Assembly: GCA_036339735.1 (NCBI GenBank)
Contig: JAYZAL010000079.1
Location: 32,001-96,000, forward strand
DNA length: 64,000 nt
Direction: 5' to 3'
Origin: Candidatus Poribacteria bacterium
GTDB lineage: Bacteria > Poribacteria > WGA-4E > UBA9662
Shown piece by piece: positions 21,064 through 30,962 of this stretch. The notes beneath the pieces were generated by a model. It was given only the letters and a program-made list of their open reading frames with translations. It was not told the origin of the DNA and made no database searches. Each line of letters begins with the position of its first letter. The stretch's first letter is position 1. The translations under genes were made by a program, and so were the position numbers.

Positions 21064-21118
21064 TCTAAGACAGAATCACTCTCGTATTTGTCAGACTTGG
21101 TGTTAAATCTCTAACCAC

Positions 21119-21739
21119 TTAGAATTCCCAACTTAGAACCGGTCGTTTATATTTCAAAACCAGATAAGTACTACTAGTACCAACGAGTGCCCCAACTAAC
21201 ACATCAAGTGGGTAATGTCGACCTAGGTAGATACGTGAAAATCCGGCAAGACCTGCGGCACAGTAAAGTGGAATTTTCCAACGTGGATAACGATTAGATA
21301 GTGTTGCAGCCAGAACAAATGCACAATTGGTATGACCAGAAGGAAATGATTCAGGGGGCTCTTGTTTTTTCAGTCTATCCAGTGGTCGGCGACGACCAAC
21401 GATTTTTTTTCCAGACCATATAGTTAATGCTGACAATGTAAAGGCTGAAGTCAATAACTTACCCGTTTTTCTGACATCATCATTACCATATGTCGTTAGC
21501 AATGCACACACACCCAATACAGCTACAGGATCTCCAAAGTGAGTTACTCCTTGCATCAACTTGTATGGAACTGTCTCAACACTATTGGCATCGTAAACAG
21601 CATCGAACAATTGATGATCTATCCGAAGAAGTAAATTAGAATTGTAGTTACTGGATGAGTAATGGTCTGCTGCCGATAATCTAAGGTCTATTGTTAAGAA
21701 TAATAGCGTGCAGAAAAGACAAATCAGCTTAGTTGACAT
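21119..21739 (-). CDS. PAP2-family phosphatase
   Basis: KxxxxRxRP, SFPSGH, SRIYLGRHYPLDV. Confidence 0.92.
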   Translation of the reverse strand: MSTKLICLFCTLLFLTIDLRLSAADHYSSSNYNSNLLLRIDHQLFDAVYDANSVETVPYKLMQGVTHFGDPVAVLGVCALLTTYGNDDVRKTGKLLTSAFTLSALTIWSGKKIVGRRRPLDRLKKQEPPESFPSGHTNCAFVLAATLSNRYPRWKIPLYCAAGLAGFSRIYLGRHYPLDVLVGALVGTSSTYLVLKYKRPVLSWEF

Positions 21740-21864
21740 AGCGAAAGATTGTAAAACGACAAGGCATAAAAATCGAGAAAGAAAAGGCTAAGCAAGAACC
21801 CTAATACTATCAAGAATCATGATGAATAACAAGGTAGAGAAAATTGCATAACATCTTATCCTGA

Positions 21865-21894
21865 TTGAAATTCTTCCTGATGAAACTGTATACT
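21865..21894 (+). promoter_or_regulatory. Putative sigma-70 promoter for 21959..25761
   Basis: TTGAAA-18-TATACT. Confidence 0.55.
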
Positions 21895-21933
21895 ACCGTT
21901 CAACGGTGGGTACCCACCGTTGAACGGTAGTAT
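21890..21933. repeat. Perfect 44-bp palindrome with no loop and nested internal inverted repeats
   Basis: ATACTACCGTTCAACGGTGGGT|ACCCACCGTTGAACGGTAGTAT; each arm contains ACCGTT-n-AACGGT. Confidence 0.95.
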
Positions 21934-21958
21934 TACTGTTATATGACAGGAAAAAACA

Positions 21959-22696
21959 TTGCAATTAAACTCTCGAAGATCGCTAATTAGGTTAATCAAT
22001 TTCCTAGTGATCGGCATTCCGCTGGTGGTTGAAGTCAGAGTAAATAGTAATTTATCAGCTGAAAATTACTATCCGGATAATATTGGTAATGAGTGGGTTT
22101 TTCTGAGTACCGATGGTCTTGAAGAGCGAGTCCTACGCATTCAGGCCAATACTGAAACAAATTACCGACAGCTTGTTGATCAAACAAGGGAAGTCAGACC
22201 TCCTCAAGAGGAAACCGGATATAGTCGCTTCGTTATTCAACCTGGAACAAATAGCATCAAAATTATGAAAGCCACATTCACTTTTGGGTTGGTTGGTGAA
22301 ATTGATCTTCCTTATACTCCCCCCCAAGTCTTTTTACCTATCCCTATTCAATTGGGGGCTGAATGGTCAGTCAAAGGTTCTGTCAAACTTCCCCTTTTGG
22401 GACAAATTCAAGCAGAAAACCGTCAAAAGGCTGTAGCGATAGAAACTGTCTCCGTACCAGTAGGAACATTCGAGGATTGCTTAAAAATCACACAGAATAA
22501 CGCTCTGAAGTCACCAGTTTTGGGAATGGAATTAACAGGAACTATGTGGCTTGCTCCCGATTTAGGCCCAGTCAAACTAATTAGCTCTGGTGACATAGTA
22601 TTTGAACTAATCCGACATAATATTAAAACAGCTACAACAGCGGTTTCTCTCAAAACAAAATTAGCTACTAAATGGTCAAGGATTCGCAACGAATAG
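21959..22696 (+). CDS. Secreted beta-rich protein (DUF3108/TapB-like) with short C-terminal K-LAT-x-W-xx-I motif
   Basis: YYP..GNEW, ETVSVPVGTFEDCLKI, WLAPDLGPVK; tail TAVSLKTKLATKWSRIRNE. Confidence 0.65.
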   Translation: MQLNSRRSLIRLINFLVIGIPLVVEVRVNSNLSAENYYPDNIGNEWVFLSTDGLEERVLRIQANTETNYRQLVDQTREVRPPQEETGYSRFVIQPGTNSIKIMKATFTFGLVGEIDLPYTPPQVFLPIPIQLGAEWSVKGSVKLPLLGQIQAENRQKAVAIETVSVPVGTFEDCLKITQNNALKSPVLGMELTGTMWLAPDLGPVKLISSGDIVFELIRHNIKTATTAVSLKTKLATKWSRIRNE

Positions 22697-25600
22697 CCTT
22701 GAGTAAACGGTTCGTCGTTTATTTCTTGTTTTTTTTATCGTATCAATTAATTTATGCAGGGCGCGATTGGCCATCATATCTTAACGGGCATCTAGATTTA
22801 ACGGCTTCGCCTGTGGTTGGTCAAACGGCGACGCTTAGACTTCGATTGGAATCCAATTTAGCCGAATCGGTAAGAGTTGAGATCGTTTTTCGTCTACCCG
22901 ATGGGATCATTGCAGAATTACCTGAACTGATAGAAAGTCAAGTCTACTTATCGGCTTATGGATTTTCCACCAATAATTTGCCTATAAAGGTTGAACGGAA
23001 GGGAAATTATCCACTTCAGGCGTCGGTTTATGCTATCACCTCGATGGGACATCAATTCGTTGATCACTTCTACCTTTATTTACAAACTGACTTATACAAT
23101 TCTAAGACATCACATGATCCGATTGAGCATCATAATCAAGATGCCATACTTCCTGCACAGGTAAAAATCCAGCCTAGATTTGCAGGCTTAGGCATTTTGG
23201 TTAATGGACAATTACAATACTTTAATGACAATCAACGTAAGTTAAAACCTCTTCAACAGGTGAGAGTTAGCCTATACCAGAATCGACAAGAACTCGGGCG
23301 GACTTTTTCTGATGAAAATGGGCAATACCAATTTCAGTCGGTCAATATTAATCCTAATCAACCACCTCAACTACATGTAGTTATTACCACAGATAATCGG
23401 GTACTAACAGTTGTCAATCGCCGGTGGAAAACTTACGAATTTAAATCTGATATAGCTGCGGAGATCGCTAATGACCAAGAGGTGACGATCAACTTAACTT
23501 TATCAGCTACCAATGCTGACCGTGGTGTAGGTAATATCATTGATTCAATAATGAAAACCCACCTTTTCTTTGTTGATCAAGTTGGTTGGGAACGCTCCAA
23601 ACCAATCCAAGTCACTTGGCCTGGTAGTGGTAAGGTTTCGTATTACTATGCTACTCAATTTGGCGGGCGTGTAACTCGTGAAACATTGACTATTGCTGGT
23701 GGTGTCGACCAATGGCGTAGTATAACTATGTACCATGAATATGGTCATGCAGTAATGATGGCAGCCTACAACTATGAATATAATAGTGTCCCACGTGGGC
23801 AATACCAGGGTGGTCATAGATTAGAAACAGTCTCTGATACCGGCTTTGCTCTTAGTGAAGGGTGGTCTGAATTTCTGGAAGCAGCTATAGATAATAGAGC
23901 CTTGAACGTAACCGGTCGGTGGGAAGATCAATTTCCCAACATCGAAACTAACACATGGTGGACGGGAAGCAATGATGGTAGTGGAAGTAATCGTGACGGT
24001 GGGATCGTGGAAGGTAGTGTTGCTAGTATTTTATGGGATGTTTTTGACACCAAAGAAAGTATAGATTTAACTCCAAATGAGGATGATGACCTAATCCACA
24101 ACCGATTCGACTTAATCTGGAAAATTTTGGTAGAAGATAAGCCAAAAACAATTACTGAAATAGCCATGTCTTGGCGAAAGAAAAACTTTCCACAATTAGA
24201 TGATTTAGAGGATATTTACGCTACTCATCATGCATTATCCAAGCCTAATGAGCCGCCTCAGTTCAGGTTCGTTTTTCCCAGTGAAGATAATACTCTCATC
24301 AATAAATCACTACAAATTGAATGGGAAGCTGATGACCCTGATGGAGACAATTTCTTTGTAGACCTTTACTACGATATTGACCAAAATACGCAGCGTGCTA
24401 ATCCGATTAAAACTGGTATAAGTTCCACAATTTCTGTTTTTAACTGGAATACAGTTTTTGTATTTGATGGACAATACTATCTCTTGGCACGAGTTAAAGA
24501 TGAAAGAGGAGAATTAACCAGCATTTATTCTGATACAATGGTGATTGTAGATCATACGCCTTTGTTGCCACCAAAAATCGAATCCCCAACCCATCCTGAA
24601 TCTGGTCTGTGGTACAAAAATAGCTCGCCCACTTTTTATTTCTTGACCACTCCTGAAGTTATGAGTAGCCGCCGTTACAGTTTCGTACTTGACCATAACG
24701 CCAAAACTAATCCAGATACCATTTCTGACCCTTTGATTAGAAATAACCAACTCACGCTAAAAGGCCTGAATGACGGTGAATGGTGGCTACACCTAAGAGC
24801 GAAAGATAAGCTGGATTACTGGACTGATACTAGCCACTTCAGAATAAAAATTGACAATACGCCACCTGGATTAGTTGAGTCAATAGAATGGTCAGTACCA
24901 GAAATTTTAACCCCTCCCAATCAACCAACACCGGCTCAACGAGAAATCGTTTTGTCTTGGCCAATGCTATTCGAAGTAAGTGGAATTGACCATTACCTTG
25001 TCCAGATAGATGTCGATGATCGGACATTTTCGAACCCGAATAAGTTATGGATTGACACGAAGATTGGAGAATTAAAAGCTTATGGAAGCCACGTGGATTT
25101 TTCTTTTTTAGGTACAGCTGGTTACAAGTATTATGCTCGAATCAAAGCAGTCAACGGTGTGGGACAGGAGAGTAACTGGAGCCAAGTATTCGGTCCTATT
25201 TTGGTAGAAGATTTTCCAGCTTGGGATTTAAATCAAGATGGGTTAGTAGATATTATAGACTTGGTTTATGTTGCTAAATTCTTTGGGCAGCCACGACCAC
25301 CGATCATTCACCCAACACCAGACATTAATGATGATGGGAGTGTTAATATTTTCGATATTATATTAGTTGCTCGGCATTTTGGAAGCAGTACAATTGCCAG
25401 TCCGCAGTTAAGGCAAATATTATCCAAATTGGAAATAACAGCTACAAATAATACGTTACCAACTTCACACGTTAGCCAACTAGGACAGAATTTCCCAAAC
25501 CCATTTAATCCTGAAACCTGGATTCCGTACTATTTAGCTCAACCCTCTCAAGTCGCTATCACAATCTATGATGCTAACGGACAGATAGTTAATCGGTTGG

Positions 25601-25761
25601 ACTTGGGTTGGAAGTTGGCAGGTTCATACCAGTCAAGGCAAAGTGCAGCCTATTGGGACGGTAGAAACGAAACGGGCCAAAAAGTTGCAGGTGGAGTTTA
25701 TTTCTATCAAATGCAGGCAGATAATTTCAGTTCTATTCACCAAATGATCATGCTCAAGTAA
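22672..25761 (+). CDS. Secreted multidomain zinc metallopeptidase-like protein with Ig/Fn3-like, dockerin and FlgD-Ig/T9SS-like C-terminal domains (start possibly TTG 22699)
   Basis: Signal peptide, HEYGH + SEGWSE, WDLNQDGLVDIIDL..PDINDDGSVNIFDI, QNFPNPFNPETWIP..WDGRN..GVYFY. Confidence 0.8.
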   Translation: MVKDSQRIALSKRFVVYFLFFLSYQLIYAGRDWPSYLNGHLDLTASPVVGQTATLRLRLESNLAESVRVEIVFRLPDGIIAELPELIESQVYLSAYGFSTNNLPIKVERKGNYPLQASVYAITSMGHQFVDHFYLYLQTDLYNSKTSHDPIEHHNQDAILPAQVKIQPRFAGLGILVNGQLQYFNDNQRKLKPLQQVRVSLYQNRQELGRTFSDENGQYQFQSVNINPNQPPQLHVVITTDNRVLTVVNRRWKTYEFKSDIAAEIANDQEVTINLTLSATNADRGVGNIIDSIMKTHLFFVDQVGWERSKPIQVTWPGSGKVSYYYATQFGGRVTRETLTIAGGVDQWRSITMYHEYGHAVMMAAYNYEYNSVPRGQYQGGHRLETVSDTGFALSEGWSEFLEAAIDNRALNVTGRWEDQFPNIETNTWWTGSNDGSGSNRDGGIVEGSVASILWDVFDTKESIDLTPNEDDDLIHNRFDLIWKILVEDKPKTITEIAMSWRKKNFPQLDDLEDIYATHHALSKPNEPPQFRFVFPSEDNTLINKSLQIEWEADDPDGDNFFVDLYYDIDQNTQRANPIKTGISSTISVFNWNTVFVFDGQYYLLARVKDERGELTSIYSDTMVIVDHTPLLPPKIESPTHPESGLWYKNSSPTFYFLTTPEVMSSRRYSFVLDHNAKTNPDTISDPLIRNNQLTLKGLNDGEWWLHLRAKDKLDYWTDTSHFRIKIDNTPPGLVESIEWSVPEILTPPNQPTPAQREIVLSWPMLFEVSGIDHYLVQIDVDDRTFSNPNKLWIDTKIGELKAYGSHVDFSFLGTAGYKYYARIKAVNGVGQESNWSQVFGPILVEDFPAWDLNQDGLVDIIDLVYVAKFFGQPRPPIIHPTPDINDDGSVNIFDIILVARHFGSSTIASPQLRQILSKLEITATNNTLPTSHVSQLGQNFPNPFNPETWIPYYLAQPSQVAITIYDANGQIVNRLDLGWKLAGSYQSRQSAAYWDGRNETGQKVAGGVYFYQMQADNFSSIHQMIMLK

Positions 25762-25767
25762 GAGAAA

Positions 25768-26772
25768 TCAAGTCAACTGGTCAACGTGAATTCGTTGCCC
25801 TGTCTTTGCTGATTCCACGCCTGCAACTAGTGCTGAAACGGTCTTTGCTCCATCCACAACATCAATGGGGGGTGGTGTGCCATTTGTAACACTATCTAAG
25901 AAGTATTCAACAGCTGTGTGAATGGCTGAACTTTCGTCTGTAACTTCGATTGTTTCTGGCTGAGAGTTTTCTGTGGTATAGAGTTGGTTTTTCCAAATTG
26001 TGCCTTCAGTACCATAAATCGATAAAAACCCTTCACCCATCCCATGACCTCGACAACCACTAGTGGCCAGCAATTTACCTACACAACCGTTTTCAAACTG
26101 AAAGCTAAGTATATAACAGTCATCTAGAGGAAAATCCGGCAACGCATACCCGTTAGAGAAAGCATGGACCGATACCACCTCTGAATTGACTGTCCACCGC
26201 ATTAAATCCATCGGATGACATCCCCCGCCTATCAAAATATTTTGCGGATTAGTGGGGTTGGACCTCCAAGTCATTGGTTGATAGTAGGGACGCATATCGT
26301 GGATGTAACTTCCCTCAATAAAAAAAGCGTTTCCGATCTGACCTTGATCATAAATCTGTTTGATACGTTGATAAATAGGTTGGAATCGCATGAATTGGCT
26401 AACCATACAAGTTAGTCCAGTCTGTTTGACTTTCTCTATAAGGTTTTGACAATTCCGTAAATTATCGGTTAGTGGTTTTTCACATAATACATGCTTTCCT
26501 GCTTCGAGTGCCATTAGGGTATGTTCAGCATGTAAGTAATCAGGGCTGCAAACTACAACGGCTGAAATCTGTGTGTCCTCGACTAATTCTTCAGTATTTT
26601 GATAGGTTTGAAAAGTTTTTCCCACTTCTAAAGCTTGGTGGGTAGTCTTTTGAGATGGAATTTCTGTCTGGCAAAAACCCATCATATTTACTTTTGAATG
26701 ATGAAGGAATCCATCAATATAGTCACGTACATGAACATCAGCACCAATGAAACCGACATTAATAGTTTTCAT
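25768..26772 (-). CDS. Gfo/Idh/MocA-family oxidoreductase
   Basis: PDYLH..AGKHVLCEKP, GGCHPMDL. Confidence 0.92.
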   Translation of the reverse strand: MKTINVGFIGADVHVRDYIDGFLHHSKVNMMGFCQTEIPSQKTTHQALEVGKTFQTYQNTEELVEDTQISAVVVCSPDYLHAEHTLMALEAGKHVLCEKPLTDNLRNCQNLIEKVKQTGLTCMVSQFMRFQPIYQRIKQIYDQGQIGNAFFIEGSYIHDMRPYYQPMTWRSNPTNPQNILIGGGCHPMDLMRWTVNSEVVSVHAFSNGYALPDFPLDDCYILSFQFENGCVGKLLATSGCRGHGMGEGFLSIYGTEGTIWKNQLYTTENSQPETIEVTDESSAIHTAVEYFLDSVTNGTPPPIDVVDGAKTVSALVAGVESAKTGQRIHVDQLT

Positions 26773-26795
26773 TTTATCTTTACCTTTAGATCGAA

Positions 26796-27404
26796 CTATG
26801 GACCAATAGCTCGGAGGATAATAGACTCTGTCAGTTCAGATCTAATTTGATCGATCTTATCTTCAAGTGATGGCAATCCCAATTTTGGACCAATAGATCT
26901 CCACCGTTCAGGCTGGTCATCATCAATACAAATAGGTAGAAAACCAAGATTCAGATAGGTCTTGATAGCAGGTAGCCGAAAGTCATCAGTCCCCAGAATC
27001 GCGCAAGTATATTCATGTTCTCTCAAATAGTGAAGAACAGCTAAGGAAACGCACATACCCAACTTGGCTCCTGAATGATCTGAATGAACACCAACCATAT
27101 GTAATTGGCCAATTTCTTTTTCGTGTGGATCGTGCCATCGCCAAGCACAGGCGGTACCAATAGGCTGCCCCTGATGTGTGGCAAAAAATAGGCCTTCAGG
27201 ATTAAAAATGTCCTGATCCATAATCTCACGCCTCACATCCTCCGTAGTCCTTTCCCCTCCGAATGAATTGTTGATAATTTCAGCCCAATGCTGGTCATCA
27301 CCCACTTGGTAGGTACGTAAACCATAGCTGCGAGGAATTCGCAGCGGAGGTAAGGTGGTGAGTTCTGGTCGTATCATCCTTAACTGCCGTTTTGCCATTG
27401 TCAA
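26796..27404 (-). CDS. GNAT-family N-acetyltransferase
   Basis: VGVHSDHSGAKLG acetyl-CoA motif, PAIKTYLNLGF. Confidence 0.88.
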   Translation of the reverse strand: MTMAKRQLRMIRPELTTLPPLRIPRSYGLRTYQVGDDQHWAEIINNSFGGERTTEDVRREIMDQDIFNPEGLFFATHQGQPIGTACAWRWHDPHEKEIGQLHMVGVHSDHSGAKLGMCVSLAVLHYLREHEYTCAILGTDDFRLPAIKTYLNLGFLPICIDDDQPERWRSIGPKLGLPSLEDKIDQIRSELTESIILRAIGP

Positions 27405-28858
27405 CCTTGGTATCGAACTTCTTTGTAATTTGAAATCAATGGAGCTGTTGGTGGCGGCGAAACAAGTTGGCTTTTATCAACCCAACCGCACTTTCGCTTT
27501 TCTATTTCATTGATCAGGTAGTTTTCCCATAATTCAATTTCAATTTTTCGTGAAGGTTCATCTATCAGATTATGGCATTCTCCCGGATCAGTATCAAGAT
27601 CAAAGAATTGTTTTTCGTCGATTCGAGGTAACCATATAAACTTCCGTTTGCCATCGGTTACATATTGCATTTCTTGTTCACTTGAGTAACAAGTGCAATG
27701 CTCTCCGTGAATGTAGTTACGCCATTCAACCGCTGGCTGACTTATTAGTGGTATTAGGTTTTCACCATCAACTGTTGGTGGTACATCAATATTGGCTGCA
27801 GATAATAGTGTAGGCATAACATCCCTCAATTCTACCACCTCATCAGCAACTGGACGGGTTATTATTCCACTTCCACGAGGAGGAGCCACAATGAATGGAA
27901 TGCGAGCGCTTCCCTCATATGCATAAGTTTTCCGCCACAGGTTATGATCTCCTAGCATTTCGCCATGATCAGAAATAAAAATGAACCATGTATTGGCCAA
28001 GGTTTTGCTTTGGTGCCTACTTAACCAATTCATCAATCGACCAATCTGTGTATCGATAAAAGAAATTTCACCATAATAACCAGCTCTGGCGCGCTGGATT
28101 TGCCGATCTGTCTTTTTTCCTCTCCAAGCATTCGGATTGATCGCTGTCTCCGGTCGATCATGGATACTGGACCAATCTCCTAAAAATGGTGAAGGTAATT
28201 CTTCTTTGTGATACATTTCGAAATAACTGTTAGGTGGCACGAAAGGCGAGTGTGGTCGAGCAAAAGAAATGTTCAAAAAAAACGGACGTTCTTGATCTCT
28301 CTGGGATAAAAAGTGTATAGCCCGACTCATTGTCCAGGCTGTCGGATGCAAGTACTCTTCAGTATGCCAAGGCCGGGCAACCCAAGAATTCCAATCCACA
28401 CCGTGATCATCGGGACTAATATCACGTTTCTTTTCTTGGTCAAACCAGAATCGATATTCGTCTATTAGACCGTCCGTGATCATTCTACCTGATTCATCGA
28501 GTTCGTGGCTTTCAAATCCCATTTTCGACCGCTGAGGCGTGAAGTGTCCTTTGCCAACCAAGTGGGTCTGATAATCGGCCAAAGACAATTGACCGGCCAA
28601 TGTAAAAGGAAAATCATTGGGCATTGGACCTTGACCTAGTCCCATTCCTAGTATTCCTGTATGCCACTGATTCATACCCGTCATTAGTGTAGCTCGGGCT
28701 GGTGTACACGAAGGACAAGCGGTATAAGCATGCCGGAAACGTGTACCATTTGCTGCCAGAAAGTCTAGATTAGGTGTTTCGATGTACGTGTTCCCATCAG
28801 CCCCTAGACAATCACCTCGCATCTGATCAGCCATGATCAAAATCAGGTTAGGTCGCAT
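27401..28858 (-). CDS. Cys-type sulfatase (no signal peptide; choline-sulfatase-like)
   Basis: RPNLILIMADQ, CTPAR, GKGH, PHSP, SDHGEMLG. Confidence 0.93.
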   Translation of the reverse strand: MRPNLILIMADQMRGDCLGADGNTYIETPNLDFLAANGTRFRHAYTACPSCTPARATLMTGMNQWHTGILGMGLGQGPMPNDFPFTLAGQLSLADYQTHLVGKGHFTPQRSKMGFESHELDESGRMITDGLIDEYRFWFDQEKKRDISPDDHGVDWNSWVARPWHTEEYLHPTAWTMSRAIHFLSQRDQERPFFLNISFARPHSPFVPPNSYFEMYHKEELPSPFLGDWSSIHDRPETAINPNAWRGKKTDRQIQRARAGYYGEISFIDTQIGRLMNWLSRHQSKTLANTWFIFISDHGEMLGDHNLWRKTYAYEGSARIPFIVAPPRGSGIITRPVADEVVELRDVMPTLLSAANIDVPPTVDGENLIPLISQPAVEWRNYIHGEHCTCYSSEQEMQYVTDGKRKFIWLPRIDEKQFFDLDTDPGECHNLIDEPSRKIEIELWENYLINEIEKRKCGWVDKSQLVSPPPTAPLISNYKEVRYQG

Positions 28859-28860
28859 AA

Positions 28861-30822
28861 TTAAGCCTTTGCCTCAAACTCTGCTAAGGCTTCACGAGCT
28901 AAACCGCTCCGAACTAGAGCCTCCCAACTATGAATAGGAGAAGATTTAAGTATATTTACCAAATCTTTTTTCAATTGATTTACTATCGGTATGTTTTCGC
29001 TCGTTGGCTCTATGTGAGCCAAACGGGCTAGCGCATCCATGGCAAAACCAACACAGATAACATTTTCATCCGTTTCAATTACTGTTTTCAGCATTTTTAT
29101 CGTTGGCTCTAAAATGTTTTCAATGACTTCAGCCCCATGGGAACAAAGGATCACCATAGACCAGAGAACGTTTTCTCTTACTGCGGAACGTACTGGCTTG
29201 AATCGGTCGCGGCCAAAATCGATTCCATTACCTTCGCAGACATCACAATCATCAGTAGGTCGAACAAATTTGATACTCCGTTGTTGAGCTCTGTCCATCG
29301 CTAATCGATTTTCTTCACGCTCTAAACTTTGAATCAGTGCTTCGAGACACCGGGGAATTAGCGACTGACCGTCGTTCGTACCTACAGCCCGACGCCCAAG
29401 ACAACCGAGTGCTCCCGCAGCCACTGACCGGACGTAAACAGACGGATCGTTTTCTAGACAATTTATTATTACCTCTAAAACTGATTCATTCAAATTACTC
29501 CCATCGCCCAAAGCATATATACTTGCCTTACGGACCCACTTAATTCGGGACCGTGCGGCCGTAAGTAAAAATTCGGTTGCGGATGGCCCAGCTGCAACCA
29601 ATCCGTAGGTGGCTGCCCGGCGGACACTTTCTCTTTCATTGTATAAAGCTTGGCCGAGGGCTTCAATAGCCAGATTGGTGTCGTTCATATTAGCGAGTCT
29701 ATAGGCTGCACCAATACGATCCGGTTCAGCTGAGTTACCTTTTCTGGTTATTTGGTTAGCCAATAGATCAACTTTTTTCTTTCGCTGAACCTCATCTTCT
29801 CCTGCGGTTCCATTTGTAGGTGGTTGACCTTTCCCTGTATGAATCCAGTGGTAATGGTAATCCCATACGGCAGTCAAATCATCATCAACAGAACTCAAAT
29901 CAACCCCCGTCAGTGGGTCAATACCCAACGACGGCCAATCAACAGCAGCCATCGGTTTCTCATTAGGTTCCCTAATTCTAATCGGTGGTTCGCTCGTACG
30001 ATATAGCCAAAATCTCCACATGAAACGTGGATTGTCTTTCCACGTCCTCCAATCATCGCGTCGGTGGTTGCCCCTGTGGAAAGTATTGTGTGAATATAAA
30101 ACTATACTCCCAGCTCTCAATGGAGCAGCTTCAAGAGAATCAACCAGAGGCCAATTCAGATCAGTAACTGCAGACTTCATTCGAATATCATGTTCTGTGC
30201 GTCGGTTAACAATATCCTCTATCTCGTATTTGGAGTTAGGACCACTGACCGGTTGTGCTTCCATACGACTGAGCTGATAATTAAAATCAAGATGATCGGC
30301 CCCAGCGAAGTTATCATGATCTTCCTCATGATTAAAGGTCCAGTAATGTGAGTAAGGTATAGTTGCTGTCGGCCCCATATCTTCATGCACTGCCTGTGGG
30401 TAGTAAAGCATTTCAATTTGTATAGACTGATGATGTCGCTGCTTACGGCTATTATAAGGCCCGTTATCATCTTTATGCCAATGCTGATCATTACTCCCAC
30501 TAGTGAAAGAAGCATTATGTGTGAATGGAACAATAGCCCAATTTTTCCCTACTAACTGATCACAAGCACGAACTAAACCTGGCGAATTGATTACTGTTAG
30601 TACATCTGGTATGGAAGACGGTGTAATGGGCTGTCTATCATTCATGGCTTGTTTTTCTTGTTGATAAATCCGCTCATGAGTTTCAAGTGGTATATCTAAA
30701 CTATCAGGCGATAGAATTACGATTCCTCGACAAGCAAAATCTTGAACTAAGCGCTCTGGGGTAGTATAAGAAAGTGGTGCTAATTCTGGACTAGAAATGA
30801 TCTTTTCGTTATTGTTGCTCAA
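28861..30822 (-). CDS. PhyH-family Fe(II)/2OG dioxygenase fused to HEAT-repeat domain
   Basis: QHWHKD, MGPT, TFHRG facial triad; repeats ESVRRAATYGL, WVRKASIYALG, VYVRSVAAGALG. Confidence 0.8.
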   Translation of the reverse strand: MSNNNEKIISSPELAPLSYTTPERLVQDFACRGIVILSPDSLDIPLETHERIYQQEKQAMNDRQPITPSSIPDVLTVINSPGLVRACDQLVGKNWAIVPFTHNASFTSGSNDQHWHKDDNGPYNSRKQRHHQSIQIEMLYYPQAVHEDMGPTATIPYSHYWTFNHEEDHDNFAGADHLDFNYQLSRMEAQPVSGPNSKYEIEDIVNRRTEHDIRMKSAVTDLNWPLVDSLEAAPLRAGSIVLYSHNTFHRGNHRRDDWRTWKDNPRFMWRFWLYRTSEPPIRIREPNEKPMAAVDWPSLGIDPLTGVDLSSVDDDLTAVWDYHYHWIHTGKGQPPTNGTAGEDEVQRKKKVDLLANQITRKGNSAEPDRIGAAYRLANMNDTNLAIEALGQALYNERESVRRAATYGLVAAGPSATEFLLTAARSRIKWVRKASIYALGDGSNLNESVLEVIINCLENDPSVYVRSVAAGALGCLGRRAVGTNDGQSLIPRCLEALIQSLEREENRLAMDRAQQRSIKFVRPTDDCDVCEGNGIDFGRDRFKPVRSAVRENVLWSMVILCSHGAEVIENILEPTIKMLKTVIETDENVICVGFAMDALARLAHIEPTSENIPIVNQLKKDLVNILKSSPIHSWEALVRSGLAREALAEFEAKA

Positions 30823-30884
30823 TCTACTAATTCTCCGATGATTTAAAAAATAGGATGAGGTAACTTAATTTATGTGGCTTGAGC

Positions 30885-30914
30885 ATTTTAGAGTTATAGC
30901 TTAATTGATGTCAA
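30885..30914 (-). promoter_or_regulatory. Putative sigma-70 promoter of the PhyH-HEAT/sulfatase operon
   Basis: TTGACA-18-TAAAAT. Confidence 0.65.
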
Positions 30915-30962
30915 TATCAAATCAAAAATTGCTCATGATATTTTTATTTTTTGGCAATATTG

